Of a stretch of 64,000 nucleotides of DNA, positions 10,601 through 19,656 are shown piece after piece (within the stretch, counting starts at the first letter, position 1; each line of letters begins with the position of its first letter). The DNA comes from Lachnospiraceae bacterium AD3010. Its GTDB lineage: Bacteria; Bacillota; Clostridia; Lachnospirales; Lachnospiraceae. The DNA is taken from NCBI GenBank assembly GCA_000622025.1, contig JHWU01000007.1, forward strand, positions 81,049-145,048, written 5' to 3'. The translations under genes and the position numbers were made by a program. Under the pieces are notes generated by a model. That model did not search any database. It was not told the DNA's origin and was given only the letters and a program-made list of their open reading frames with translations.

Positions 10601-11197
10601 CTCATCCTGTTCCGTGGTGTATATTACCGGGGATTTTTTGTGTATCGCGACCAGAAATTCCTCCACATTTATCTTCAATCCCGGATATACGGAAAAAGCC
10701 CTGTACAGGTTTTTGAACCTCCTGTCCGGAGTCTGGAAGATATTTATCATTTCGGGGGAATAAAAGATATTTACCGCTTCGCTGAACCGGTTTCTCGCAA
10801 GATTTGTAAAGTGAAAAAGGTTCTTTATAACACCCAGCGAGCTTTGCGGGTATTTCATCACAACACTTACGGAAAAGGGCAGACGGTATTCACCATCCTC
10901 CGTAATAAGGGAAATATCACCCTTTATCACAGTTCCCGTCATAAGACCCTTGGAATGAAATACGTAGTGTAGCTCTGCTTCTCCTTTGTCGAAGGTCACA
11001 TTGTCACATACCATCCGGGGATCACTGGTTGCGACCATTCCTCTTATTTCCTTTTTGTCTTCGGAAAGCACATGAAAAACGCCTTCGGTATCCTCATTCG
11101 GAAACACCGTAAGCTCAAGCTTCTCCTCGGGAAATTCCAGGGTCGAATGCCCGTACCCGAACTCCCCGTTTAATATCCGGTCAATATGACTCTCCAA
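7628..11197 (-). CDS. Large (1189 aa) conserved hypothetical cytoplasmic protein
   Basis: Long uninterrupted ORF with a TTG start at 11197. There is no Walker A/B motif, no transmembrane segment, and no enzymatic motif that I recognise. It is first in the four-gene co-directional module. Confidence 0.5.
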   Translation of the reverse strand: MESHIDRILNGEFGYGHSTLEFPEEKLELTVFPNEDTEGVFHVLSEDKKEIRGMVATSDPRMVCDNVTFDKGEAELHYVFHSKGLMTGTVIKGDISLITEDGEYRLPFSVSVVMKYPQSSLGVIKNLFHFTNLARNRFSEAVNIFYSPEMINIFQTPDRRFKNLYRAFSVYPGLKINVEEFLVAIHKKSPVIYTTEQDEVLLINEPDLKALQEIRIRKSGWGYIRLSVKGKGDFIRPEKETILEGDFKGDIAVLPFRIDENALHRGKNIGSIVLKSYNSEIHIPVTVDASFRWQTDENSKNFRRHKGIFDIMRLYVDFRLKRKGLSETCEQAREICAGMTDENSRDIFPRLIMTHVYLMEGRDNDASLMLSLIDNEFMLGQMHSEAEGYRKYLEAVLKKDRAYTREKSREVHALCDEDPGSAILLWLRIYLDEELGNHAGIRLELLINQFEKGVRSPLLYIEILRALTESHEGFKSGGMAEIYAINWGIKNHIYYEELISSIISVSYSLKGYSAVYLNVLKAYYNKYGSIELLEAICTLLIRERGNRKRNKDDFRWFEAGVKYGLKITRLYESYLNTVPDTLEELMPESILMYFSIGAGVGNDRMAFFYASLIRHKNEAADILKSNEQRIAAFAVKEAENRKISENLSCIYEYVSNLSIPELSKRFFLAVSPLIFTHEISVKDPLVRAVSSVENGFIRERNATVTGGKAYLNLYGGDYDLVTEYNDMRRSVARKGVVDRTLLNPVKFTKAIRLTLEREVGQAYYVCGSGRHSIQVNQVNESSIRTLSASEEIERSLRDECYFALIRHYTDHDRFDELDEILDELDISRVSPEVRAEIARLYVARGMHRKVYELIKEYGPEGVDPVILVRLISRMIGEGINTEDPTLLNLAREALKLGKYDENILNYLCVEFQGNIKDLRDIWKAARSFNIDTVRIEERILSQMLYAGSFTADRDEILLSCIENGGREKIINASLDYISHEYFVYANIVDERIFDALLKRYRDGEELNDISALALLKHFSHSEDDELKKSLSSLVDRLIESGRIFEFFKEYREYVPAMGLYHDRTFVEYRTEPDKKVLIHYCISDEESPNAEFISENMEENYSGIYSRDFVLFYGEKLQYYITEENNDDSFPTQSETLERDLMRNGRTDSRYDMINDMLLSESVNDDPSLEDLMEQYMRLSETVEEFFEK

Positions 11198-11540
11198 AGC
11201 TCCCCCTGATGGAATATGTGTTATACTGTTTTTTGTTCAGAGTCCTTCTGATTCCGTCAACAACTGAACATTACTTTATAATTACTTTGATAATCATCTG
11301 CCAGATTATTATATCACAAATATTGTATCTAAAGGGAGAATACCTGATCTTCAGGCAGGATGTACAAGGCAGATTGATAGCGAACGACTGCAGTTTTGTG
11401 CCGAAACGTGGCGGCGCGATGCTAAAACGCTTTTTTTTAGCAGGAGCGCCGTCCAGATGTTTCGGTACAAAACAAAGGTAGTGAGCGTAATCTGACTGTA
11501 CATACTGTCTGAAGATCAGAGAAGTTACAGGAGAAATAAA

Positions 11541-12650
11541 ATGCTTGAACATAAGGACCATTTTCACGGAAGCGATCTGGAAATGATAGAGAGGATATAC
11601 GGAATAAAGAAGGAGGAGATCGTCTCCTTTTCCGCAAATGTGAATCCTCTGGGTATTTCCCCGTTACTAAAGAAAACCCTGGCAGAGAAAATAGACTGTA
11701 TCTCATCCTACCCGGACAGGGATTACAGGGAACTCCGGGAAACCATTGCACAGTACTGCAGAACTTCTCCGGAAAAAATAATCCCCGGAAACGGTTCCAC
11801 AGAGCTTATCTCTATGATAATCGATATCAGGAAGCCGAAAAAGGCGCTTATAATCGGCCCCACCTATTCCGAATATGAGCGGGAGCTTTCCCTTATGAAG
11901 GGGAAATCCTACTATTTCCAGCTTAAGGAAAAGGAGGACTTTATAGCGGATACCGGCAGGCTTGATGAGCAGCTTCGTGACGATACGGATATGCTTATAA
12001 TCTGCAATCCTAATAACCCGACTTCCACCGTGATAGACCGGAGTACGCTCCGGAGCATAATGGATATCTGCAAGGAAAGAGATATCTTTGTAATGGTGGA
12101 TGAAACCTACATAGAATTTGTTGACAACAGGGAAAAGACGGAGGGAATCCCCCTTACCGACTACTATAATAATCTCTTTATCATACGGGGAGTATCCAAG
12201 TTTTTCGCATCCCCCGGTCTTCGCCTGGGCTACGCGGTGACTGGAAACAGGGATCTTATCCGGGAGATAAATAAAAGGATGAATCCCTGGAGCATAAACA
12301 CTCTCGCAGAAACTGCTGGAAAGATCATGTTTAAGGATAATGAATATATTGAAAAGACCTCTTCCCTGATAAGGAAGGAACGGGAGTATGTAACAAAACG
12401 GCTTTCTTCAGTAAAAGGGATCTCAAGAGTTTATGCACCCTCGGCGAATTTCGTTCTTTTTAGTATCGATCCGGAATACGGAAATGCAGACCTCCTCTTT
12501 GATGAGTGCATAAAGAAAAAGATGATGATAAGAAACTGCTGCACCTTTCCCTTCTTAGACAACAGATACGTCCGTATCTGCTTTATGTCAAATGAAGACA
12601 ATAAAAGGCTCCTTGATATTATTGAGGAAGAACTGTCAGAAAAACTATAA
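11541..12650 (+). CDS. cobD: Class I/II PLP-dependent aminotransferase family, CobD-like L-threonine-O-3-phosphate decarboxylase (or HisC-like)
   Basis: 369 aa. N-terminal HFHGSDLEMIERIYGIKKEEIVSFSANVNPLGISP is typical of CobD/HisC. PLP-lysine region IIRGVSKFFASPGLRLGYAV. The RBS is purine-rich (GGAGAAATAAA) before the ATG. Confidence 0.65.
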   Translation: MLEHKDHFHGSDLEMIERIYGIKKEEIVSFSANVNPLGISPLLKKTLAEKIDCISSYPDRDYRELRETIAQYCRTSPEKIIPGNGSTELISMIIDIRKPKKALIIGPTYSEYERELSLMKGKSYYFQLKEKEDFIADTGRLDEQLRDDTDMLIICNPNNPTSTVIDRSTLRSIMDICKERDIFVMVDETYIEFVDNREKTEGIPLTDYYNNLFIIRGVSKFFASPGLRLGYAVTGNRDLIREINKRMNPWSINTLAETAGKIMFKDNEYIEKTSSLIRKEREYVTKRLSSVKGISRVYAPSANFVLFSIDPEYGNADLLFDECIKKKMMIRNCCTFPFLDNRYVRICFMSNEDNKRLLDIIEEELSEKL

Positions 12651-12656
12651 GAAAAA

Positions 12657-12683
12657 CAGCCCGCCGGATATTCCTGCGGGCTG
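12657..12683 (-). terminator. Rho-independent terminator hairpin, bidirectional-type, for the sigma-factor gene and the cobD 3' end
   Basis: CAGCCCGCcggatattcctGCGGGCTG forms an 8-bp GC stem. On the minus strand it is followed by TTTTTC, and on the plus strand it is preceded by GAAAAA. Confidence 0.55.
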
Positions 12684-12705
12684 CCTGATCATCTGAAAAC
12701 TATTC

Positions 12706-14697
12706 TTATATTTCTCCGTCAACAATAAAATCATTAACGGCTGATTCTGAAACAGAACTCTGCTCAGCCTTTTTCTCTGCTTCCGGACTCACGCTTTCGA
12801 CCTCAAGTATCTCCTCAACTGCGGTTTCTGTTGCTTCAGTCACAAAGTCAAGGCTCTCTGTCGGCTGGACCTCGTCACCGGTATTCAGCAGATTATCGGA
12901 AACAGCGGCCTGCTCTTTCTTTTCAGGCTCCTTCTTTTCCTGCTGCTCCTTATTCTGCTCAGCTGCTTCAGCGTTATCCTTTCTGCTTATAGAAAGATCC
13001 TTCGAAACAAAGTGTCCGAACAATCCCTTTTCCTCATCACGAACACCGTGAAGGATAAAGGTATAATTCTCGTAACTGATGTTTCCGCCCTCATCGGATC
13101 TTCCCACATCAAAGCTTCCCTCAACTGTTATGATCTCACCTTCCTTCGAGGAAGAGGTAACATCGGGGCTGCTCACGAATACAGCATTTCCTGAAAGCGT
13201 ATTTATCTCCTTCTTTGTCTTAAAGAGACTGTTTTCTACAATATATGCAGCCTCAAGAGTATCATTACTTACTTCGCCGTTATAAAGATTTCCGGACCCG
13301 GCCATAAAGAGTGAAGCTACCGCCGAAGCAATGTGCTTCTTCAGTCTGTCGGTCATTCCGTATTCATCAGCTTCGGTATCCGCTTCTTCCTCTGTGTCTA
13401 TATCCTCAGCGGGTACATCCAGGGTGGGAGCTGTATCATTAACAGCCTCCGCCTCATCCGGTACTTCAGTCCCTATCTCTCCGTTTCCGGAAGCTTCAGC
13501 GGATTCATCATAAGCATCCTCAGCAGCATCAAGTGAAGGATCTGTATCCTCCGGCATATCAGGATGTTCATTATCGGAATATTCGGTCTCTGCAAGAATG
13601 TCCGTACTCTCAAAGGATGTCTCTTCTTCATTTGCAGATACCTTGTCTATAGATGAAACAGTATTTCTGTAGATGGTCGTTCCTACGGTGCCACCGGTCC
13701 CTGCTACCGCAACAGCCACTGCAACCGCTATTCCCTTGGCTGCTCCGGCTCCTGCCGCTGCTGTTCCGGCTCCTGCCGCTGCTGTCCCGGCTGCTGCCGC
13801 TGTCCCTGCGGCTGCTGTTCCGGCTGCGCCTGCTGCTGCAGCTCCTGTCCCGGCTGCTGCTGCTGTTCCGGCCGCTGCTGCTCCCGTTCCGGCTGCTGCA
13901 ACTGCCGCGGTTCCGGCTGCCGTACCGGTAGCTGCGGATATTCCGGCGCCGCCTGCAAGTGCTGTTCCCGCAACAGCAGCTCCGGTAGCTGCAATACCAA
14001 GACCTGAACAGATATTACCAAAAACTCCGGCAGCTAAAGGTGCTGCAAGCACGGTTTCTTCCGACATTATCTGTACGGCGCCGAAGATAAGTGCTCCGGT
14101 GAGAGCCATCTTCCCTGCACCGCTTTTTCCGCTTTTCTTTTCGATTGCCTCCAGCTTTTTCTTTAAGGCCTGTCTCGCATAGCTTAATCTGCTCTTTACG
14201 GTTCCGACGGAACAGTCCATAACCTCGGCAATTTCTTCTATCTTTATATTATCGTAATAGAAAGCCACCATTGTGGCGCGCTGAACTTCAGGAAGAGAGT
14301 CAATGAGCTCAGCCAGTATCCGCTGCTGCTCCTTCCTCTCATAGGAGAGATCCGGCCTGGAATCCATATCAGAGGTCTCGACTGAATCAAAGATGTTCTC
14401 GAAATCCTCATCCAGCAATATTTCTTTTTTCTTCTGGAATATTTTCATCCCCTGCCTAAAGGTAATCGAACTGAGCCAGGAATAAACGCTTTCCGCCTTG
14501 TCGAGACTTTTTATCGACTTATAGGCCTCCATATAAACCGTCTGCATAAGATCCATTGCGTCATCTTCATTCTTCATGATCTGACGGGCCCGGAAATATA
14601 CATAATTGTAGGTCTTCTGATAAACCTCGTTAAAGGCTTCATCATTCCCGCTCTTTAGTTTTTCAACAGCCGATTTGAGCTTAGGATCCACTTCCAT
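12706..14697 (-). CDS. ECF-type sigma-70 family factor fused to a transmembrane/low-complexity linker and a C-terminal extracytoplasmic domain
   Basis: The N-terminal ~190 aa carry sigma region 2 (YNYVYFRARQIMKNEDDAMDLMQTVYMEAY) and region 4 HTH (RATMVAFYYDNIKIEEIAEVMDCSVGTVKSRLSYARQALKK). This is followed by a hydrophobic segment (MALTGALIFGAVQIM) and ~150 aa of Ala/Gly/Thr-rich low complexity. An acidic Glu/Asp-rich region and a C-terminal globular region complete the protein. Confidence 0.7.
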   Translation of the reverse strand: MEVDPKLKSAVEKLKSGNDEAFNEVYQKTYNYVYFRARQIMKNEDDAMDLMQTVYMEAYKSIKSLDKAESVYSWLSSITFRQGMKIFQKKKEILLDEDFENIFDSVETSDMDSRPDLSYERKEQQRILAELIDSLPEVQRATMVAFYYDNIKIEEIAEVMDCSVGTVKSRLSYARQALKKKLEAIEKKSGKSGAGKMALTGALIFGAVQIMSEETVLAAPLAAGVFGNICSGLGIAATGAAVAGTALAGGAGISAATGTAAGTAAVAAAGTGAAAAGTAAAAGTGAAAAGAAGTAAAGTAAAAGTAAAGAGTAAAGAGAAKGIAVAVAVAVAGTGGTVGTTIYRNTVSSIDKVSANEEETSFESTDILAETEYSDNEHPDMPEDTDPSLDAAEDAYDESAEASGNGEIGTEVPDEAEAVNDTAPTLDVPAEDIDTEEEADTEADEYGMTDRLKKHIASAVASLFMAGSGNLYNGEVSNDTLEAAYIVENSLFKTKKEINTLSGNAVFVSSPDVTSSSKEGEIITVEGSFDVGRSDEGGNISYENYTFILHGVRDEEKGLFGHFVSKDLSISRKDNAEAAEQNKEQQEKKEPEKKEQAAVSDNLLNTGDEVQPTESLDFVTEATETAVEEILEVESVSPEAEKKAEQSSVSESAVNDFIVDGEI
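13690..13990. repeat. Imperfect tandem GC-rich codon repeats (GCTGCYGYTCCGGCT...) encoding an Ala/Gly/Thr low-complexity tract
   Basis: Visible reiteration of gctgctgttccggctgctgc-like units inside the sigma-factor ORF. The antisense strand reads as a Pro/Ala-rich shadow ORF (13673..14182). Confidence 0.5.
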
Positions 14698-14976
14698 CTT
14701 TTAGCTCCGATTACCTTTTCCTCCTTTTGGTGGTGCTTCTTCTTAAATCTCACAGTGCCATTATCCGGCACCGTGAGATGAGGCTTCATTCCTCAAACTC
14801 ACGTCCCTTTATCCCGGCAGCCCCCATTTCCCTCAATGTAAGGCACATTACATCTTGAAAAACAAAAGCTGTCCGAATGCCGTTCCGGTCATTATCGGAA
14901 ATAACCTTTTTTAATCGGCTATACTATAGTACAGCCTCAGGAGAAAAAGGTTTTAAATATTTTTATTTTCCTTAAA

Positions 14977-16896
14977 TCATACCGCGCGAAGCCCGGTATA
15001 GAGCTGGTAATACCTGCCCTTTTCCTTTAACAGCGCCTCATGGTTTCCACGTTCAACTATATGTCCGTTTTCCAGCACCATTATGCAGTCGGCATTTTTG
15101 ACCGTGGAAAGTCTGTGGGCTATGACAAAGCTGGTTCTGCCCTTCATAAGGGAGTCCATGCCCTCTTCAATGATCTTCTCTGTTCTGGTATCTATGGAAC
15201 TTGTGGCTTCATCCAGTATCAATACCGGAGGATCAGCCACTGCAGCCCTCGCTATGGATAATAACTGTCTCTGCCCCTGGGACAGTGACGCTCCGTTTCC
15301 TGTTATAACCGTATCATAGCCCTCCGGAAGGTTCCTTATAAAGCTGTCTGCACTCACAAGCTTTGCAGCATTTATAACCTCGTCATCGCTTGCATCAAGC
15401 CTTCCGAAGCGTATATTTTCCATAATGGTCCCGGTGAATAAGCTTGTGTCCTGAAGCACCATCCCGAGGGAGTGGCGCAGATCCGCCTTCTTTATCTTAT
15501 TTATATTGATACCGTCATAACGGATCTTTCCGTCCTGTATATCATAGAACCTGTTCAAAAGATTGGTAATGGTGGTCTTTCCGGCGCCGGTCGATCCCAC
15601 AAAGGCGATCTTCTGACCCTGATGCGCATACATCTTTATATCCTTGAGCACAAAGTGCTCTCCGTCATAGGCAAAATCAACACCATCCAGGGTTATATCC
15701 CCTTTAAGCTCCACATAGTCAACGCTCCCGTCGGCACTGTGCCGGTGCTTCCATGCCCAGAGCCCGGTCCTCTTATTGCTCTCCTTTAAGGAGCCGTCAT
15801 CCATCCTTACGGCATTTACAAGGTTCACATACCCTTCATCCTTTTCGGCTTCTTCATCCAGAAGGGAAAAAATCCTCTCTCCGCCTGCCATCGCCATTAT
15901 AACAAAATTAAGCTGGTTGCTTATCTGGCTGACCGGCATATTGAAGCTTTTATTGAAGGTCAGGAAGGAAGCAAGAGCTCCAAGTGTCAGTCCGGATATC
16001 CCGCTTACCGCAAGAAATCCTCCCGTTATGGCGCAGACAACATAGCTTAAGTTTCCAAGCTGCATATTTATGGGTCCCAGGATATTCGAATACTGGTTTG
16101 CGTTATAGGAGCTTAAGAACAGCTTTTCGTTTTTCTCCTTAAACTCTGTTTTCGCCATATCCTCGTGACAGAATACCTTTACGACCTTCTGTCCCGCCAT
16201 CATCTCTTCGATGAAGCCGTTTAGGTTTCCCAGGGACTCCTGCTGGGACTTAAAGTATTTACCTGAAATCCCCATAGCGGTTTTTGATGCGGCAAAGGAA
16301 ATACCGACCATCAAAAGAGTCACAAGGGTAAGCGGAATACTCAGGATAAACATACTTACCATAACACTTACGATGGTGATAAGGGAATTCAGAAACTGAG
16401 GCAGAGACTGGCTGATCATCTGCCTCAGGCTGTCTATGTCATTTGTGTATACAGACATTATATCCCCGTGGGCGTGGGTGTCAAAGTATTTTATGGGGAG
16501 GAGCTCCATTTTACGGAAAAGCTCGCACCTTAGATCCTTTAGTGTACCCTGTGATATTTCCACCATCAGCCGCTGATATATATAAGTGGCACCTATCCCT
16601 ATAAGATAAAATACCGCTACCCTCAACATTGCCAAAAGGAGGGGCATGAAATCCCGGTCTCCGCTAGTCAGCATTGGAAGGATATAGCTGTCTATCAGGG
16701 TTTTGGTAAAGAGCGTGCCCTGCACATTTGAAAGTACTCCCGCAAAGATACAGATTATGACGATGATGAGTCTCAGCCTGTATTTAAGCATAATACGACC
16801 CATGATCCGCTTAAATATCTTCCCGGGATCCTTCACCTTAACTCCGGGTGAGTGGATCCTTCTTCCATGGAATTGTCTTACCTTTACTTCCGGCAT
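14977..16896 (-). CDS. ABC transporter permease/ATP-binding protein, type I exporter half-transporter (second subunit of a heterodimeric multidrug-type exporter)
   Basis: 639 aa. Six-TM domain plus NBD with Walker A GSTGAGKTT, signature LSQGQRQLLSIARA and Walker B ILDEATSSID. A long basic N-terminal extension is typical of this subunit class. Confidence 0.85.
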   Translation of the reverse strand: MPEVKVRQFHGRRIHSPGVKVKDPGKIFKRIMGRIMLKYRLRLIIVIICIFAGVLSNVQGTLFTKTLIDSYILPMLTSGDRDFMPLLLAMLRVAVFYLIGIGATYIYQRLMVEISQGTLKDLRCELFRKMELLPIKYFDTHAHGDIMSVYTNDIDSLRQMISQSLPQFLNSLITIVSVMVSMFILSIPLTLVTLLMVGISFAASKTAMGISGKYFKSQQESLGNLNGFIEEMMAGQKVVKVFCHEDMAKTEFKEKNEKLFLSSYNANQYSNILGPINMQLGNLSYVVCAITGGFLAVSGISGLTLGALASFLTFNKSFNMPVSQISNQLNFVIMAMAGGERIFSLLDEEAEKDEGYVNLVNAVRMDDGSLKESNKRTGLWAWKHRHSADGSVDYVELKGDITLDGVDFAYDGEHFVLKDIKMYAHQGQKIAFVGSTGAGKTTITNLLNRFYDIQDGKIRYDGININKIKKADLRHSLGMVLQDTSLFTGTIMENIRFGRLDASDDEVINAAKLVSADSFIRNLPEGYDTVITGNGASLSQGQRQLLSIARAAVADPPVLILDEATSSIDTRTEKIIEEGMDSLMKGRTSFVIAHRLSTVKNADCIMVLENGHIVERGNHEALLKEKGRYYQLYTGLRAV

Positions 16897-16941
16897 ATGT
16901 ATTCCTTTTTAAGATTCTTCGGGCTTCGCCCTCAGAATGAC

Positions 16942-18720
16942 TCAGGAGTCAAAATCCGAAAGAGCCGCTCCGCTTACCTGGGATTCATAGACCTCACGGT
17001 ATATCTCATTTGACGAAAGGAGCTCCTCATGGGACCCAAACCCTGCAATACTTCCATTATCCATAACTATTATCCTGTCCGCATCCATTACGCTTGAGAT
17101 CCTCTGGGCAATTATAAACTTTGTGGTTCCCGGGATATAGTCCCGAAAGCCCTGTCGTATCTTCGAATCGGTGGCTGTGTCAACCGCAGATGTGGAGTCG
17201 TCCAGTATAAGTATCTTTGGTTTCCTGAGAAGAGCCCTTGCAATACATAATCTCTGCTTTTGCCCGCCGGAAAGATTGGACCCGCCCTGTTCTATAAGGG
17301 TTTCATACTTTTTCGGGAGCTTTTCTATAAACTCATCCGCTGAAGCAAGGGCGCAGGCTTCCCTGCACTCCTCCTCAGTTGCGTCCTCTTTGCCCCAGCG
17401 CAGGTTATCGAGGATCGTCCCCGAAAAAAGCTCGTTCTTTTGCAGGACATGTGCCACGTTATTTCGTAAGACCGTCAGATCATAATCCCTCACATCCACG
17501 TTTCCCACCTTTACACTTCCCTCAGTAACATCATAGAGCCTGCTGATAAGATTGATAAGGCTGGTCTTCGAGCTCCCTGTACCTCCTATGATCCCGACGG
17601 TCTCTCCGTCCCTTATCTCTAAATTTATGTTTTTTAATACCCTTCCGCTGTTCTTCCCGTAATATGAAAAAGATACGTTTTCAAAGGATACGCTTCCGGA
17701 AGTAAGCTCTTTCACCGGATCATCGGGATTCACGATCACAGGTTTTTCGATGATCACCTCGGTTATCCTTTTTGCGCTGGCTGTAGACATACTGACCATA
17801 ACAAATATAAAGGAGAGCATCATTAGAGACATCAGGATATTCATACAATAGGCGAGAAGGCTCATAAGCTCCCCTGTGGTCAGGGATCCCAGCACTATCA
17901 TATGGGCTCCGAACCAGCTTATCAGAAGGATACAGGCATAGACCGTAAACTGCATCACCGGCATATTAAGGATTATCATTTTTTCAGCCCTTACAAACAT
18001 CCGGTAGATATTGTCCGCGGCCTTAAAAAACTTCTCTGTCTCGTATTCCTCCCGAACATAGGCCTTCACCACCCTTATTCCTGATACATTCTCCTGCACA
18101 CTTTCATTAAGATCATCATACTTTGTAAACACCTCGGCAAAGTATTTCGTGATCTTTCTCATCAGGCTGAAAACGAAGACAGCAAGGAACAGTACCGCAA
18201 CAAGGTAGATCGTTGAAAGCCCCGCATTTATGGAAAAAGCCATGACCATTGCGATGACTATCGAGGCGGGAGCACGCATAAACATACGGAGCAACATCTG
18301 ATACGCATTTTGGATATTTGTGACATCCGTGGTGAGTCTGGTCACCAGTCCCGCAGTAGAGTATTTGTCGAGATTTGGGAAACTATAGTTCTGAATGTTT
18401 TCAAACATCCTGTTTCGGAGATTTCTGGCAAGACCTGCAGAAGCCCTCGAACCGAAATGCGCCCCCATAAGGCCGAAAAAAAGGCCGAAAACAGCCGTAA
18501 CAACCATAAGACCCCCTGTGGTCTTAATATGATTAATATCACCGGGGGTCACTCCCTTATCTATGATCGATGCCATAAGATATGGTATGATCATCTCCAT
18601 TACCACCTCCAGTATCATAAATACCGGAGTAAGCAAGGAGTCCATCTTGAATTCCTTTATCTCACTCCCCAGGGTCCTTATCACGAGCCCTGCGGGAATG
18701 CTTTCATATGATTTTTCCAT
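16942..18720 (-). CDS. ABC transporter permease/ATP-binding protein, type I exporter half-transporter (first subunit of the heterodimeric pair)
   Basis: 592 aa. TM domain plus NBD with GGTGSSKTS, LSGGQKQRLCIARA and ILILDDSTSAVD. It sits 45 nt upstream of the partner gene. Confidence 0.85.
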   Translation of the reverse strand: MEKSYESIPAGLVIRTLGSEIKEFKMDSLLTPVFMILEVVMEMIIPYLMASIIDKGVTPGDINHIKTTGGLMVVTAVFGLFFGLMGAHFGSRASAGLARNLRNRMFENIQNYSFPNLDKYSTAGLVTRLTTDVTNIQNAYQMLLRMFMRAPASIVIAMVMAFSINAGLSTIYLVAVLFLAVFVFSLMRKITKYFAEVFTKYDDLNESVQENVSGIRVVKAYVREEYETEKFFKAADNIYRMFVRAEKMIILNMPVMQFTVYACILLISWFGAHMIVLGSLTTGELMSLLAYCMNILMSLMMLSFIFVMVSMSTASAKRITEVIIEKPVIVNPDDPVKELTSGSVSFENVSFSYYGKNSGRVLKNINLEIRDGETVGIIGGTGSSKTSLINLISRLYDVTEGSVKVGNVDVRDYDLTVLRNNVAHVLQKNELFSGTILDNLRWGKEDATEEECREACALASADEFIEKLPKKYETLIEQGGSNLSGGQKQRLCIARALLRKPKILILDDSTSAVDTATDSKIRQGFRDYIPGTTKFIIAQRISSVMDADRIIVMDNGSIAGFGSHEELLSSNEIYREVYESQVSGAALSDFDS

Positions 18721-18723
18721 GTA

Positions 18724-19656
18724 TCAGACGGTTATCATCAGCACATCTCCGTGGCCTTTTATCCTGTATCCGCCGTGATCGGCACTTACCAGTGTTCCGT
18801 TGCCCTTTAGGAGCTCCATCCTTATGTCGCCCGAGGTAAGTATGAGATCTCCCTCCACCACAAGGAGGTGCTGGAAGCTGCTTCCATCGGTTGAAAGATC
18901 CGTCTCGCCGTTTATATGGATCTTATCGATCTTAAAGGTATCACAATCGCAGAGGTGTCCGTGCATATCCTTTTCCGGAACACCCTTTTTAAGTATCGCG
19001 GCCTCCTTCGCTTCTTCGATCATCAGCTCACGCGGGCTCCCGTCAGGCTTCACACGTCCGTAATCGTAAACCCTGTATTTTACCTGCTTCATCTGCTTAA
19101 CCTCTAGAGCAAGTACCCCCGCCCCTATGGAATGAAGAAGTCCGGGTCCGCAGTAGAACACATCTCCCTTATTTACAGGCTGGAAATGAAGCACCTTCTT
19201 AAAGGTATTGTTCCTTATCATCTCCTCAAATTCATCCGGAGTCACATCCCTGTCAACACCGTAAAAGATCCCTGCATTGGGAAGAGAATCAAGGATATAC
19301 CAGCACTCGTCATTTCCCTTTGGGAGACCCTTTTTCTCCGCGTATTCGTCCGAAGGATGGACCTTTATGGAAATATTCTGATGGGCGTCGATAAATTTGA
19401 CCGAAAGGGGCCAGCTGTCAAAGCGGCTGTAATTAGTACCCAGAGCGCGCTCCCCTTCCGCATCGAAATACTCCTTCAGGGTCTTCCCCTTAAAGGAACC
19501 GCTGTCTATCATCGTGGGATGCTCTTCGTCACAGGACAACTCCCAGGTCTCTGATAATACATAGCCCGGATATTCAGACTTGTTGTATTCTTTTTTCAGC
19601 CGGCTGCCTCCCCAAAGGTCACTGAAATAAGCCGGTTTAAGTCGTAAGATCGCCAT
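18724..19656 (-). CDS. manA: Mannose-6-phosphate isomerase, class I (cupin-type, Bacillus Pmi/ManA-like)
   Basis: 310 aa. LKPAYFSDLWGG, SIKVHPSDEYA, ECWYILD and HSIGAGVLALE match the conserved blocks of Firmicutes type I PMI. Confidence 0.85.
   Translation of the reverse strand: MAILRLKPAYFSDLWGGSRLKKEYNKSEYPGYVLSETWELSCDEEHPTMIDSGSFKGKTLKEYFDAEGERALGTNYSRFDSWPLSVKFIDAHQNISIKVHPSDEYAEKKGLPKGNDECWYILDSLPNAGIFYGVDRDVTPDEFEEMIRNNTFKKVLHFQPVNKGDVFYCGPGLLHSIGAGVLALEVKQMKQVKYRVYDYGRVKPDGSPRELMIEEAKEAAILKKGVPEKDMHGHLCDCDTFKIDKIHINGETDLSTDGSSFQHLLVVEGDLILTSGDIRMELLKGNGTLVSADHGGYRIKGHGDVLMITV

Noticed and set aside
10406-10972. Plus-strand ORFs 10406..10972, 19916..20626, 53059..53613 and 58708..59526
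   Set aside because: Each is fully embedded antisense within a well-supported minus-strand gene: the large uncharacterised gene, folA/MBL, leuS and aroA respectively. None has an RBS or a recognisable motif.
7628-11197. Type VII secretion EssC/FtsK-like ATPase assignment for the 1189-aa protein
   Set aside because: No Walker A (GxxxxGKS/T) or Walker B motifs are found anywhere in the protein.
11198-11540. Cobalamin riboswitch upstream of cobD
   Set aside because: I could not find a GCCACTG B12 box or an AGGGAA/GGTG core in the leader, only generic stems. I left it as an unclassified leader.
13673-14182. 169-aa plus-strand ORF (Pro/Ala-rich)
   Set aside because: It is an antisense shadow of the Ala/Gly/Thr codon-repeat tract inside the sigma-factor gene. 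It has low complexity and no RBS.
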